This document shows positions 19,006-28,921 of a stretch of 54,674 nt of DNA, one piece after another. The stretch is from an uncultured virus (IMG/VR IMGVR_UViG_3300027851_000013) (lineage: Duplodnaviria > Heunggongvirae > Uroviricota > Caudoviricetes). Where the stretch lies: the IMG/VR virus record IMGVR_UViG_3300027851_000013; one strand, written 5' to 3'. The notes under the pieces were generated by a model. That model ran no database searches, was not told the origin of the DNA, and saw only the letters and a list, made by a program, of their open reading frames with translations. A program made the position numbers and the translations under genes. The first letter of the stretch is position 1. Each line of letters opens with the position of its first letter.

Positions 19006-19776
19006 ATGGGAAGAGAAATCAAGCGAGTTGCCCTGGACTTCGACTGGCCTTTGGACACCCGTTGGCGCGGGTTTCTTCCTCCGGATGATGGCACAGAAGA
19101 GTGCCCAGACTGTCGTGTTGGCTATGGGTATTCTGTGGGATACAATCGTCTAGGGCGCATACTTTATTCATTGGCACACTACGATGTCAACCCCGCCCTG
19201 TTTCCCAATACTGAGGCTCTCACTGACTTCGACAAGTTGTTTCTGCAAAAGCTGGCCGAAAAGAAGTGCCCGGAGAAGCTTAAGAAGGGCAACAACGTCC
19301 CCTTTCAGATTGGTGGCATCAGCACTGTCATTGACAGTCGCCTAGTTATGTATCATCTCATGCACTTCATTGCTGAGAGCCTGGGTCTTCCTGAAGACTC
19401 GTTCCTTTGCGAAACCTGTAAGGGAGAGGGACGAGTCGTAGTTGACGAATACCTTAACCGTCTCCGTAAAGAGTGGAAGCGGGAAGAGCCTCCTGCAGGG
19501 GAGGGATGGCAGGTTTGGGAAACTGTTTCGGAAGGAAGCCCCATTACTCCCGTTTTCGCTACAGCGGAAGAATTGGTGGACCATCTGTGCACCGTAGGAA
19601 CAGTGTGGGACCAAAAGACAATGAGGGAATCTTGGGGGCGGCGAGACCATCGTCTTCCGTCCAGAGAAGCAGCAGAGGCCTTCGTCATGGACGGGTGGGC
19701 ACCTTCTATGGTCATTGTAGACGGCAAGTCTTACACTGGTATCGAATCCGCATCTATCCTCTCTACTGAGAAATGA
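19006..19776 (+). CDS. conserved phage hypothetical protein with CxxC/CxxCxGxG motifs
   Basis: MGREIKRVALDFDWP, CPDC, CETCKGEG, EPPAGEGWQVWETVSEGSPITPVF. Confidence 0.8.
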   Translation: MGREIKRVALDFDWPLDTRWRGFLPPDDGTEECPDCRVGYGYSVGYNRLGRILYSLAHYDVNPALFPNTEALTDFDKLFLQKLAEKKCPEKLKKGNNVPFQIGGISTVIDSRLVMYHLMHFIAESLGLPEDSFLCETCKGEGRVVVDEYLNRLRKEWKREEPPAGEGWQVWETVSEGSPITPVFATAEELVDHLCTVGTVWDQKTMRESWGRRDHRLPSREAAEAFVMDGWAPSMVIVDGKSYTGIESASILSTEK

Positions 19777-20105
19777 TGGACGGAACTCCTTACTACAAAC
19801 TAGAGCATGGGACTTACTACTTTGTAAGGCCCACTCAACGTACTATGGTGTGTCCTAACGGAGAGCAACTTCTTTACGCCTGCGACCAAGTTGCCATGAT
19901 GTTCGACTCTGAAACAGGGACTCTATACAAGCATGGAGACCCTGTCAGAGTAAATGAGCAAGCAAGGCACATCTTGACAAGCTCTTTTGGCGAATCGGTT
20001 CGGACAGTGGTCTTTCCACTAGAGTATCCAACAGAAGAGATCAATAAGTGTTTGTCTCATAGCGGGTACATTAAGCTTCTAGCAGCTAACCTAGGACTGT
20101 TATGA
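19773..20105 (+). CDS. hypothetical protein
   Basis: ATGA overlaps. Confidence 0.65.
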   Translation: MMDGTPYYKLEHGTYYFVRPTQRTMVCPNGEQLLYACDQVAMMFDSETGTLYKHGDPVRVNEQARHILTSSFGESVRTVVFPLEYPTEEINKCLSHSGYIKLLAANLGLL

Positions 20106-20335
20106 CTGACACCTCTAAAGTTAAGGCTCTCATCACCGTCAATGCGTATGAGGACCAAGGTGTTTGGATACTTTACGTAGAGTCCGACCGAACATTTCAT
20201 TCATGGGCTGACACGCAAGAAGAGATCTCCACAATAGCCCAAGAACTCGCAGAACTTTACCACGAAGAAAACTCTTTGCTTGGATGGCCCGAGGCAGTTG
20301 TGGTCCGTCTCTCCAAGAAACCCGAGGAATTATGA
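20102..20335 (+). CDS. hypothetical protein
   Basis: ATGA overlaps. Confidence 0.6.
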   Translation: MTDTSKVKALITVNAYEDQGVWILYVESDRTFHSWADTQEEISTIAQELAELYHEENSLLGWPEAVVVRLSKKPEEL

Positions 20336-21099
20336 GTCACTTTTCTGTTTCTGTAGTCACGGTATCGGATGATCAAGCGGAGGTAGCAAGGGCACTTCAA
20401 CCTTTTCATGAGTACGAGTGCACCGGCGTAAAAGATGAGTTTGTTGTCGAAGTCGACGTGACTTTTAAAAAGCAATCAGAATACCAGTCGGCTCCTAGTT
20501 ACCTTGTGGATGGACCGGGTGGAAGGCTGCTCAAGAGGTATGACAACTTCTTCTACCGGACTCCCACTCCAGAAGAATCCAAAAAAATCGGACCCTATGC
20601 AGGTACAGGTGGCGGATATGGAATGTCCTGGGCCTCTCGCGATTGGAACGACGGAAAGGGATACTCCACTCGTATTCACGAGATTCCTGAGGGATGGACA
20701 GAAAGGCTAGATTTTGCCAAGAAATACATGTCCTTCACTGAGTGGGTAGAAGAGCGAAAGGACTCTTGGTCCTGCCAAATTACCTACAAGGAAGATGGCA
20801 CCGTAGACAAGATCGTTGACCTTACGAATCCCAATGCCAAGTGGGATTGGTATTCTATCGGAGGCCGCTGGAACAATCTATTTGGCGGCAAAAACACCTG
20901 TACAGTGGCCGAGCTTCTGGACCTGAGCGTTAGTACCTTTGCCGTCCTACTTCCTGGCGGGGCGTGGGTCTCTCGGGGAGACATGGGGTGGTGGGGCAGT
21001 GTCAGCAACGAAGACACAAAGTGGGAAGAAAACTACAAGAAGCTCATGTCTTCTTTGCTTCCTACTTTGTATGTCACTCTCGTAGATTGCCACATTTGA
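20332..21099 (+). CDS. conserved phage hypothetical protein (NPNAKWDWY family)
   Basis: MSHFSV, NPNAKWDWYSIGGRW, GDMGWWG, terminal VDCHI. Confidence 0.82.
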   Translation: MSHFSVSVVTVSDDQAEVARALQPFHEYECTGVKDEFVVEVDVTFKKQSEYQSAPSYLVDGPGGRLLKRYDNFFYRTPTPEESKKIGPYAGTGGGYGMSWASRDWNDGKGYSTRIHEIPEGWTERLDFAKKYMSFTEWVEERKDSWSCQITYKEDGTVDKIVDLTNPNAKWDWYSIGGRWNNLFGGKNTCTVAELLDLSVSTFAVLLPGGAWVSRGDMGWWGSVSNEDTKWEENYKKLMSSLLPTLYVTLVDCHI

Positions 21100-21100
21100 C

Positions 21101-21475
21101 ATGAAACCTGAGACCAAACAACTCAGGGACTTTATCAAGCACCTGAACGAAAATTTCAAGGGAATCCTTCTTGAAGAAGACCCTGGATTGGAGACTGACC
21201 CACCTCCTCCCATTAAGTATGAGGTAGTAGAGTTCGTCAGGTACAGGTATAACCCATCAAACCTTGGGCTTGTAGAAGTAGACATGAAGCTGCTTCATTC
21301 CTTTAACGTGGTCTTTGGTTCTCGTGTCCTAACTTCGTGGGAAAAGGGACGTATCTATGGCCACGTATTTTCGGTAGAAGACCTTCAAACCCTTTTTGCT
21401 GGGGTACCCTTGACTCGCATCTCTCCTGTTCACACCGAGTTCTGGAGAGTAATCCCTAAGAAAGAAGAAGTGTAA
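21101..21475 (+). CDS. hypothetical protein
   Basis: Tiling; TAATG coupling downstream. Confidence 0.6.
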   Translation: MKPETKQLRDFIKHLNENFKGILLEEDPGLETDPPPPIKYEVVEFVRYRYNPSNLGLVEVDMKLLHSFNVVFGSRVLTSWEKGRIYGHVFSVEDLQTLFAGVPLTRISPVHTEFWRVIPKKEEV

Positions 21476-22197
21476 TGTCATATAGGAAGCCATACTCCAA
21501 AAAAGAAATAAAGGGCTACGGGAGGAAGGATACAGAGTTCAAGGAAGAGCATGAATCCTTTGGTATGCTCTCCATCTTTCGCACTCAAGGGAGCACACGA
21601 CTCTTTGGTTCTCACCTAGATAGCCTAGGTAGCTTCATCACTCTTCGAATTAATGCCGGGTCTGTGAGGCACTCACTGAGTCGAGACTGGTACAGCGAAG
21701 AAGAGCAGCTCATCGAGATTCATATGTCGGCGGCTCAATTTGCGGAAGCAATCACCACACTCAATACGTCTCCTAGCACACCTTGCACTGTGGTTCGTGT
21801 CCTAGGGTCTCGCATGGAAGACGTGCCAGAAGATCGTAGGAGCGAGAAGGCTGCAATTGAGGACGGGTTTAGGGAGGACGTAAGGGGTCTTGTGTCCAAG
21901 TTGGTGGAGGGCCGCGATAAGGCGCTGGCACTTCTGGACAAGAAGACTCTCACCAAAACCGATAAGCAGGAACTTGTTGAGGTTTTCCGTGTAGCCATCC
22001 AAGATGTAAAGGACAATCTTCCTTTCGTTGTGAAGTCCTTTCAGGAGAGCACACAGAAGACTGTCACACAGGCCAAGGCAGAGGTAGATGCCTTTGTCAG
22101 TATGGCTGTACAACTTGCCGGGTTGGAGGCTCTGCAGGGTAGGCTGCTGCCTTCTGTCGAGGCTCCCGCATTGACTTCTGGAGAGGATGACCGATGA
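21475..22197 (+). CDS. conserved phage hypothetical protein
   Basis: HESFG, LFGS, RDWY, IEIHMSAAQFAE, PCT. Confidence 0.8.
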   Translation: MSYRKPYSKKEIKGYGRKDTEFKEEHESFGMLSIFRTQGSTRLFGSHLDSLGSFITLRINAGSVRHSLSRDWYSEEEQLIEIHMSAAQFAEAITTLNTSPSTPCTVVRVLGSRMEDVPEDRRSEKAAIEDGFREDVRGLVSKLVEGRDKALALLDKKTLTKTDKQELVEVFRVAIQDVKDNLPFVVKSFQESTQKTVTQAKAEVDAFVSMAVQLAGLEALQGRLLPSVEAPALTSGEDDR

Positions 22198-22490
22198 TTC
22201 TTGTAACACTTCAAGTTGACTACAAAGACCACTACTTTGAGGTTCACCATCTTTTCGATAATTCTCTGAGAAAGATTTCTTGGCAGAATTCAGTCCAATC
22301 CAAGCTAAACCAGCTGAAGATGGACGGTGCCGAGGTAAAAATATGGGAAAGGGAAACGGACCACTTTGTTGTGGAGGGACCTCGCAATACCTCTCTTCAC
22401 ACGGCTGTTTCCTGTTGGACCGTGGACCCCCTAGATAAGAGGCCCTTGTCCAAGGTACTCATGGAGTACCCATCTAGGGCGGTCGTCTAA
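22194..22490 (+). CDS. hypothetical protein
   Basis: ATGA overlap, GAGG RBS. Confidence 0.6.
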   Translation: MILVTLQVDYKDHYFEVHHLFDNSLRKISWQNSVQSKLNQLKMDGAEVKIWERETDHFVVEGPRNTSLHTAVSCWTVDPLDKRPLSKVLMEYPSRAVV

Positions 22491-22530
22491 GGCAGCAGTC
22501 TCCTTGTAAAGAGCACCCTAGAGGTGCTAC

Positions 22531-23097
22531 ATGCGATTGGTTGTCATAGAATCCCCTTATGCTGGGCTTGTGGACAGAAATGTAGATTACGCACGAGAGT
22601 GTGTTCGGGATTGCTTGCGTAGAGGAGAGTCACCCTACGCAAGCCATCTGTTCTTCACTCAACCAGGAGTTCTGAATGATGACATTCCTGAAGAGCGTAC
22701 ATTAGGAATTGACGCGGGGTTGGCGTGGGCAGCCAAAGCTGACGCCTCGGTTCTCTACATGGACCATGGTATGAGCAGGGGAATGGTCTATGGCATCCGC
22801 AACGCGGTGAAAAGCGGACGAAAAATAGAGATCCGCAGACTCTACAGTGACGTAAAAGAGCTGGACCACGCGGCGGTCGAAGATGTCGTTCGCGAGGCTC
22901 TAAAGGAAAAGCAAGAAGCTTTTCTTCCCAGCCTAGACAAGGTTTCTCCATTTCTTCGAGATAAGGTAGAAGAAGTAATAACCAACTTGACACAACGTCC
23001 CCTTTCTGTGTTTGACATTGCCTCCTATGAGAAGGCTGCCACGGCCAACGTAGGAGAAGTGCCTGACGTAAATCCTGAAAAAGAACCCATCTCTTGA
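22531..23097 (+). CDS. nucleoside deoxyribosyltransferase-fold protein (DUF4406/DUF7768-like)
   Basis: VVIESPYAG..RN..YAR, PYASHLFFTQ, LNDDIPEER..G, SRGM. Confidence 0.75.
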   Translation: MRLVVIESPYAGLVDRNVDYARECVRDCLRRGESPYASHLFFTQPGVLNDDIPEERTLGIDAGLAWAAKADASVLYMDHGMSRGMVYGIRNAVKSGRKIEIRRLYSDVKELDHAAVEDVVREALKEKQEAFLPSLDKVSPFLRDKVEEVITNLTQRPLSVFDIASYEKAATANVGEVPDVNPEKEPIS

Positions 23098-23104
23098 TGG
23101 ATCG

Positions 23105-23129
23105 AACCCTGCTCATATTAGTGAGCAGG
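23105..23129 (+). promoter_or_regulatory. repeated motif copy 4 within 8-bp hairpin overlapping RBS
   Basis: AACCCTGCTCATATTA; CCTGCTCA-TATTAG-TGAGCAGG overlaps AGGAGG. Confidence 0.75.
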
Positions 23130-23139
23130 AGGATTTTCT

Positions 23140-23871
23140 ATGGTTGCCATCTTTGCCACCAAGTCTAGTAATACAAAAATTTCTGGTGAGTCCGCAGTAT
23201 CGGCCACCTATGCTGCTACTTCTGTTTCTTGTCCTTCCACTTGCAATCTCCGTGGTTCCGGCTGTTACGCAGAATCAGGCAGGGTTGGCGTTCACGTAGC
23301 TGCCCTCAATACTTCTGCTCCCGAAGGAATCCGTCCAGAGGCAATAGCCAGAAAAGAAGCAGGCTTCATTCGTGCTGCGTTCGGGAAGCGCCCCATTCCT
23401 CAGGATGGAGCACGCGGCGGACGGGACCTTCGTCTCCACGTATCTGGAGACTGTCGAACCAACAAGGCAGCTGAGATTCTTGGAAAAGCTGCTCTCCACT
23501 GGAAGAGCCGAGGCGGAGGAGCAGTGTGGACGTACACACATGCTTGGGCTACGGTTCGACGTAAGTCGTGGGGCAAGGGAGTTTCTGTCCTCGCTTCGAT
23601 GGAAGACCCCAAGTTGGCAGCAAAGGCTCGGCGTCAGGGGTATGCTCCTGCCCTGGTAGTGCAGGAACACCCGAGCACCAAGGCCTTTACTCTTCCTGGG
23701 TCTACAGTTCGGTGGATTCCTTGTGTAGAGCAAACTCATGGCATTCCTTGTGCGGATTGTCGTCTTTGTATGGATGCAGACGGTCTGCGTCAACGTAACA
23801 TGGGCATTGCGTTTGCAGCTCACGGTCCTACACGAAAGATTCGAAAGCACCTTCAGGTGCTTTCGAGCTGA
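23140..23871 (+). CDS. Gp88-like Cys-rich protein (radical SAM-like fold suspected)
   Basis: N.K, SCPSTC..GCYA, LRLHVSGD, WTYTH, PC..C..CRLC. Confidence 0.7.
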   Translation: MVAIFATKSSNTKISGESAVSATYAATSVSCPSTCNLRGSGCYAESGRVGVHVAALNTSAPEGIRPEAIARKEAGFIRAAFGKRPIPQDGARGGRDLRLHVSGDCRTNKAAEILGKAALHWKSRGGGAVWTYTHAWATVRRKSWGKGVSVLASMEDPKLAAKARRQGYAPALVVQEHPSTKAFTLPGSTVRWIPCVEQTHGIPCADCRLCMDADGLRQRNMGIAFAAHGPTRKIRKHLQVLSS

Positions 23872-23904
23872 CGTACGAACTCACATGAGGTCTGGCAGGT
23901 TGAT

Positions 23905-24483
23905 ATGAGCGTCACCCACGAAGATAGAATGAGGGCTCATCTGTGGGTAAGAGAAGCTCTACACACTGCGGTGCGAACAGAAGCCCTCAAGGCAGGACTA
24001 GAATCCCCTCTTCTTCATGTCGTAGACCTATACTGGTCGGATCGCATGGGTAAGAGCATGGGACTAGCCTCCTATACCCTAGACCTTTCTTTCGTTAAGC
24101 TCTCTACCGTGCTTTGGAAGGTAGCGACAGAGGAAGACAGAAGGGAAACCGTATACCACGAAGTTGCTCATCTCATAGTGTACGACAACCACTTTAGGAG
24201 CAATCCTCGTAGAACGAAACTGCCAGCAGGGCACGGACCAGAGTGGAAATGGGTGATGCACAAAATTGGCTACTCCAACCCTTCCTCCAAACATACCATT
24301 CTAAACGAAGAATATGAGAGGGAGAGGGGAAGAGTACCTCTGTTTTGTGGGTGCAGAACAGCTCCTACTTTCTTTGTCTCATCACACAAAGCTGTTGTTA
24401 TGGCCGCTCATACCAAAAAGGGAAAGCCGTATTTCTGCAGAAAGTGTAGAAAACTCATTCAAATTGGAGATAGAAATGAATGA
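23905..24483 (+). CDS. SprT-like zinc metalloprotease
   Basis: ETVYHEVAH, HGPEWK..M, C-terminal CGC..CRKC. Confidence 0.85.
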   Translation: MSVTHEDRMRAHLWVREALHTAVRTEALKAGLESPLLHVVDLYWSDRMGKSMGLASYTLDLSFVKLSTVLWKVATEEDRRETVYHEVAHLIVYDNHFRSNPRRTKLPAGHGPEWKWVMHKIGYSNPSSKHTILNEEYERERGRVPLFCGCRTAPTFFVSSHKAVVMAAHTKKGKPYFCRKCRKLIQIGDRNE

Positions 24484-24832
24484 GTACTTCATGACCTTTC
24501 TGGCTGGTTTGGCTGTTGGCTCGGTTGTTGTTTCTTTAGTCCTCTCCCATGATAGAGGTTTCAACCACATCAGGTATGAGAGGGAGAAACTACGAGAGAT
24601 AACACGTAAGTGGCACACTGCCCTTCATTATGAGAAGCTATCTTTTAGTGATTTGTTGTTGGCTCCTGGAAACGCTGAGAGAGAAGCAGCCTATAAGTAT
24701 TGTCGAAGGGCCAGAATAGAAATAGAGGAGGAGCTAACCTCTTCTTTCGGAAAAAAGCCCTCAGACGAAAAATCTCCCACCACAAAACGAGTTCTGTGGT
24801 TCTCACGCAAGAATCGACCCACTACCTTTTAG
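24476..24832 (+). CDS. membrane-anchored hypothetical protein
   Basis: GGAG RBS; N-terminal TM. Confidence 0.6.
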   Translation: MNEYFMTFLAGLAVGSVVVSLVLSHDRGFNHIRYEREKLREITRKWHTALHYEKLSFSDLLLAPGNAEREAAYKYCRRARIEIEEELTSSFGKKPSDEKSPTTKRVLWFSRKNRPTTF

Positions 24833-24839
24833 GAATGCT

Positions 24840-25280
24840 ATGAAGCACGGAATTGTTACAAACGGAAGGACCACCACATTCTACGGCAATGCTGCCACAA
24901 TGTATGTGGTGCGCCAAGCAATCGCATCCTGCTTTACACTAGCTGAGGTAGAGGAAAGGCTCAAGAACGCTTCTTCAGTTATGCGTCCTTTCTACATCGA
25001 AGAAGCCCTGAGGCAGAAGTGGAAAATCTCAGCAGAGCTTTTTTCTTGGATGGAAGAAGACGATAAAAGGCAAGAGGAAGAGCAGAAGAAGATTATTCAC
25101 AAAAATATTGTTCGTTACTTGGCCTCCTCTACCAAAAAGAAAGCCAAGTCTCGTCTCAGCATTCCATGCTTTCTATGTGGCGGGGAAATCAAAGGAGGTC
25201 AGGAATATCATGCGGTAACTTACGACAGGAAAGCTTACCGCGGCCATAAAGAATGCGTGGCGAAGGAGCCTAAGAAGTGA
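24840..25280 (+). CDS. hypothetical protein with C-terminal zinc finger
   Basis: CFLCGG..HKEC. Confidence 0.65.
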   Translation: MKHGIVTNGRTTTFYGNAATMYVVRQAIASCFTLAEVEERLKNASSVMRPFYIEEALRQKWKISAELFSWMEEDDKRQEEEQKKIIHKNIVRYLASSTKKKAKSRLSIPCFLCGGEIKGGQEYHAVTYDRKAYRGHKECVAKEPKK

Positions 25281-25882
25281 ACAAACTATTGGTCCATAGT
25301 GCTGACGAAGTTGTTGCTCTAGTTCTCAAGCACCTGTCTCACGAAGAATCGTCTAGGTTTCTGTCCATCGAGTTTCAGTTGAAGGACGAAACTGGAAAAC
25401 TTTGGTGGGAGTCTGACCTAGAGGCAGCCATAGACGCGGAGAGTCCAGACTCAAAGATGCTGGATAGGGCTAAGTTTACTGATGTTTGGCGTCCTGTGCA
25501 AAAGGCCTACCTTCCAACTTCCTTTCCCTGCGTAGTTCTGTACTCACTAGGAAATACCTTTGACAGAACGGGAGACGTAACCTACCGACTTCTAGAGTAC
25601 GTAGAGAAAGAGGATTTCTCGACTACGTCTAAGCCTAAGAGAACCAAGAAGTCGACCAAGAAGTCAACCGAGTCTCCGCGCCTATCTCCTCGTCTTGTCG
25701 CACTTGGAGAGGCCACAGACCGACTTCTTAGAAGTAAATCGGAAGTCTTGGATGCGGTGACTGAGTGGGCGTCGATGGGCGAACAGCTACGCCACCTGCC
25801 TCGCCTTTCCAAAGCGGCTGACGAATACATACGGGCCACTGACCAATGGTATCAACTCAATCCATTTCTGGAAGCGCCATGA
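25277..25882 (+). CDS. hypothetical protein
   Basis: GTGA overlap, AAGGAG RBS. Confidence 0.7.
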   Translation: MNKLLVHSADEVVALVLKHLSHEESSRFLSIEFQLKDETGKLWWESDLEAAIDAESPDSKMLDRAKFTDVWRPVQKAYLPTSFPCVVLYSLGNTFDRTGDVTYRLLEYVEKEDFSTTSKPKRTKKSTKKSTESPRLSPRLVALGEATDRLLRSKSEVLDAVTEWASMGEQLRHLPRLSKAADEYIRATDQWYQLNPFLEAP

Positions 25883-26448
25883 GCATGCACTCCCAATTAA
25901 CTGACGATGACATCGGTCCTCATTACCGGCTCAGACATAGGAAATTGTGTAGACTCGGAGATGAAATTTTCGTATTTTGTCACATGCATCCTATGTCTCA
26001 TTCCTTCTACGTGAAGGCTAAGATCGAAGAAATTGTTTACATCTGGAATATAGAGGGTAAGAGCACTGGAGCTTGGCACACGGTTACTACCGAGGAAGAG
26101 TTGCTTCAATTTCCTCATTCCTACTCCCACGACAAGGGAGAATGGACCGAACCTAACCCTATTTCCCTTGAGGAGTTGAACAACCTTAGGCTGAAGGGAA
26201 AAGCCGAGATCGTCAACCAGATGCCTTGGGTGGATTGGCCCCTTGGACATGCTGCGTATCTTGATGACGAGGGATTTACTGACTTGGTTGACGCTAGGAA
26301 AGTTTACGGTAGGTTCCCCATACGTAAACTTGGCAGGAGGATGAAAACCTACATCCGAAATAACACAACCTTCATTCTAAAAACGCATGGAGAGCCGGGC
26401 CCTAAATGGGCGGAGATTAAGAACTACATGCGTAAGGGATACGTATGA
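25879..26448 (+). CDS. hypothetical protein
   Basis: ATGA overlaps. Confidence 0.65.
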   Translation: MSMHSQLTDDDIGPHYRLRHRKLCRLGDEIFVFCHMHPMSHSFYVKAKIEEIVYIWNIEGKSTGAWHTVTTEEELLQFPHSYSHDKGEWTEPNPISLEELNNLRLKGKAEIVNQMPWVDWPLGHAAYLDDEGFTDLVDARKVYGRFPIRKLGRRMKTYIRNNTTFILKTHGEPGPKWAEIKNYMRKGYV

Positions 26449-26636
26449 CCTTTTGGGTCCTGAAAAAATTGAGGGAACTGGTCTTTGGTCCAAGCTGCAC
26501 TAACCTACCTTCTGGGTGTAAGAGCCGTGCAGTGCGTGGTAAGTATTGCTTATACTGCTGGGAGCGAGGACTTGCAGATTCTGTTTGTTACAAGCATTGG
26601 GTAGGTGACGTTTATGAACGTTCAGATCGCACCTGA
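26445..26636 (+). CDS. small Cys-rich protein
   Basis: ATGA overlap; C..C..CLYC. Confidence 0.5.
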   Translation: MTFWVLKKLRELVFGPSCTNLPSGCKSRAVRGKYCLYCWERGLADSVCYKHWVGDVYERSDRT

Positions 26637-27345
26637 GAACTTTGGACATGTTGTGGCCTTTGCCATGAGATACGCGTTAGGGCGCCAGTCCACTGCCCCC
26701 TCCATCGTACAGGAATTCATACGGGATAATCTGGACGTTCTCAGCCCAGAGGAAATCTCTTTGCTCATACTTGATATTGACGAGTGCAGAAATTTTGGAA
26801 GCGACGTGGATAAAGCAATGTGGTTGCGTTTTAGGGAAACGCTACAGCACAAGCTGCATCCTCCAGTTACGAAGATGGTGGTGTACGGAAAAAAGAGTGA
26901 GGATGGCGTGCCTCACGCTCGCCTACTTACTGTCAGGGGACATAGGAACGCCATTGCTCTTCATCTAAACGTTTATCCTCAGGACTCTCTTCTGGAGGAA
27001 TTTGAGGCATACTCTTGGGGTCAGGCTATGACGTATTATCAAGCCAAGTACTTCAATAGGGTGTATACGCCAGACTGCACTGATGTGTGGGAGCCTTTCT
27101 CTACTCTTTCGGAAATTCCGCCGCAAGAGGTTAAAAGCGCACAAGATGCGCATGAGAAGTCGGAGATCATTCAATGGTGTCGAGATGCAAACGGGAACAG
27201 GCTGGAAATTGGCGACACTGTCGAATCCTGTGATAACGGTGAGGGTGGCGTTATTCTGGACCTGACTCCTGACGGTTCTGCTTTAGTCAAGTGGGAGTCC
27301 GGACTAGAAACGACATACTCATGTCCTGGTTTGGTTCTCATCTGA
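26614..27345 (+). CDS. multidomain hypothetical protein with C-terminal SH3-like domain
   Basis: AMRYALGRQSTAP N-domain; DANGNRLEIGDTV..GVI..VKWE. Confidence 0.7.
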   Translation: MNVQIAPENFGHVVAFAMRYALGRQSTAPSIVQEFIRDNLDVLSPEEISLLILDIDECRNFGSDVDKAMWLRFRETLQHKLHPPVTKMVVYGKKSEDGVPHARLLTVRGHRNAIALHLNVYPQDSLLEEFEAYSWGQAMTYYQAKYFNRVYTPDCTDVWEPFSTLSEIPPQEVKSAQDAHEKSEIIQWCRDANGNRLEIGDTVESCDNGEGGVILDLTPDGSALVKWESGLETTYSCPGLVLI

Positions 27346-27358
27346 CCGAGATCCTTCA

Positions 27359-27874
27359 ATGAGAAGAGTATCTGCGGAAACCGTTCGTCAACTCTACGGG
27401 CCTAGACCCTCTCTTCGTCACATCATCAAGGGTCTAGAGCGCCTCTACGAAAACAACCTCGAAGAGTCTTACGATAGAGGAGATAGCGAGGCAGATGACA
27501 AGGTCTACTACGAGCAGTTGCTACACGAGCTAGGGCATTTCTACTCTCTTAGCGAAGAAGTAGGCTCGTCTAAAGATATGACCTTGGCTATTCGCTCCTT
27601 GGGTCCCATGGCTCAAGCAGGAAATGAGGTCGATGCTTTAGCGTTTACTGCCGTGCTTAGTGAATGGCTCGGATATCGCCTGGGAATAGGTCACTTGGTT
27701 TCTATTGGCCTGACTAATTCGCCTCTGATTCCAAGCAGTAAGTTGCTTAGGTCCTTGGTGAATTTGTCTGCCGATTCCCCCAAGATGACACAATTGTGTA
27801 GGGATGTTGCTCGTGTTGTTTACGAGTATGCCTACCTTGAGAAAAAGGAAGAACAGGACAATGACTACTTCTGA
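27359..27874 (+). CDS. putative HExxH metallopeptidase-like protein
   Basis: LLHELGH with downstream NEVDA. Confidence 0.55.
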   Translation: MRRVSAETVRQLYGPRPSLRHIIKGLERLYENNLEESYDRGDSEADDKVYYEQLLHELGHFYSLSEEVGSSKDMTLAIRSLGPMAQAGNEVDALAFTAVLSEWLGYRLGIGHLVSIGLTNSPLIPSSKLLRSLVNLSADSPKMTQLCRDVARVVYEYAYLEKKEEQDNDYF

Positions 27875-28262
27875 TAGGGATCAAGAGCAAGCTGCATTAG
27901 AACTTACGCGCTGTGAGAAAGAGCTACATCGTGTTGTAGGTCGTGCAGCGAAGAAGTTCTTTGATGCATGTGTAGAAGCGAACGAATACGCCAACACCTT
28001 TGTCCAGTATGGAGGTGTAGGCTTCTTATCCAAAGAAGTTGTATCCTTTCGGGTTTCTATGGGTTCTACGCTCATTGTCACTCTTCGAAATGGACGCGAT
28101 GAGCGCATAGACATAGCGGACATCGCCAAGGACCTTGGAGAAGAAGTAGAGAAGTCCTTGGAACGTATGCAGGCTGCACGTGAGAAATGGATTCAAGTAA
28201 CAGCGGGGATGACAACTCTAGATAAGGCTGTTTACTTAGCTGAGAAAGAGTCTCACAAATGA
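27861..28262 (+). CDS. hypothetical protein
   Basis: Tiling; coiled coil. Confidence 0.6.
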   Translation: MTTSDRDQEQAALELTRCEKELHRVVGRAAKKFFDACVEANEYANTFVQYGGVGFLSKEVVSFRVSMGSTLIVTLRNGRDERIDIADIAKDLGEEVEKSLERMQAAREKWIQVTAGMTTLDKAVYLAEKESHK

Positions 28263-28918
28263 CGTTGAAGATTGAAAAGCTACTAGTTACAGAAGAAGAC
28301 ACGGATCCTGATGGGTACCGGTCTCACAGAGGAAGGTGTAAACGTTGTTGGGCAAAGGTAGGAGACCCCCACAAGGACTCCTGCGAGAAGCAAGAAGAGT
28401 ATTTCTGGCAGCAGGTGGTGCCCACTTGTGACCTGCGATCTATCTCCAGAGACGCGGATAAAGTGTACACCCAAGTATTTGTCATTCCTGACAAGTACTC
28501 CCGACATAAGCTTCTTTGGATCTGGGCAGGTCAAGGAATTATGGACCCTCCCAACAAAGACACCGGAATTTACTCCCTACGTGCTTACCTGGGGCGTGGG
28601 GCCACAGACTTTGAGCATGACAGTGCTTATGCGCTGAAGCTCGATCTGTACGGTGTACAGCTCAAACACGTAATGTACCACACCACAATACTGTCGGCTT
28701 TCATACCGCCCGACATTGAACTAGACGATTTCCGTGTCCCTCTTCCTGGGTATGATCCCTTTGTGAAGGATCCCTATATCTGCAAAGAATGTCCGGAAGA
28801 AGAGCATCCTATCGTTCCCGAAGACTGTTACGTTCCTAAGGGTGACGCCACACAGTGGAAAATACTTAGAGGCAAACGAGTAGAAATTCATTTTGGATAC
28901 GTGAAGAAGGAAGAGTGA
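28259..28918 (+). CDS. hypothetical protein
   Basis: ATGA overlap; CKRC..G..H..C. Confidence 0.7.
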   Translation: MTLKIEKLLVTEEDTDPDGYRSHRGRCKRCWAKVGDPHKDSCEKQEEYFWQQVVPTCDLRSISRDADKVYTQVFVIPDKYSRHKLLWIWAGQGIMDPPNKDTGIYSLRAYLGRGATDFEHDSAYALKLDLYGVQLKHVMYHTTILSAFIPPDIELDDFRVPLPGYDPFVKDPYICKECPEEEHPIVPEDCYVPKGDATQWKILRGKRVEIHFGYVKKEE

Positions 28919-28921
28919 CTC

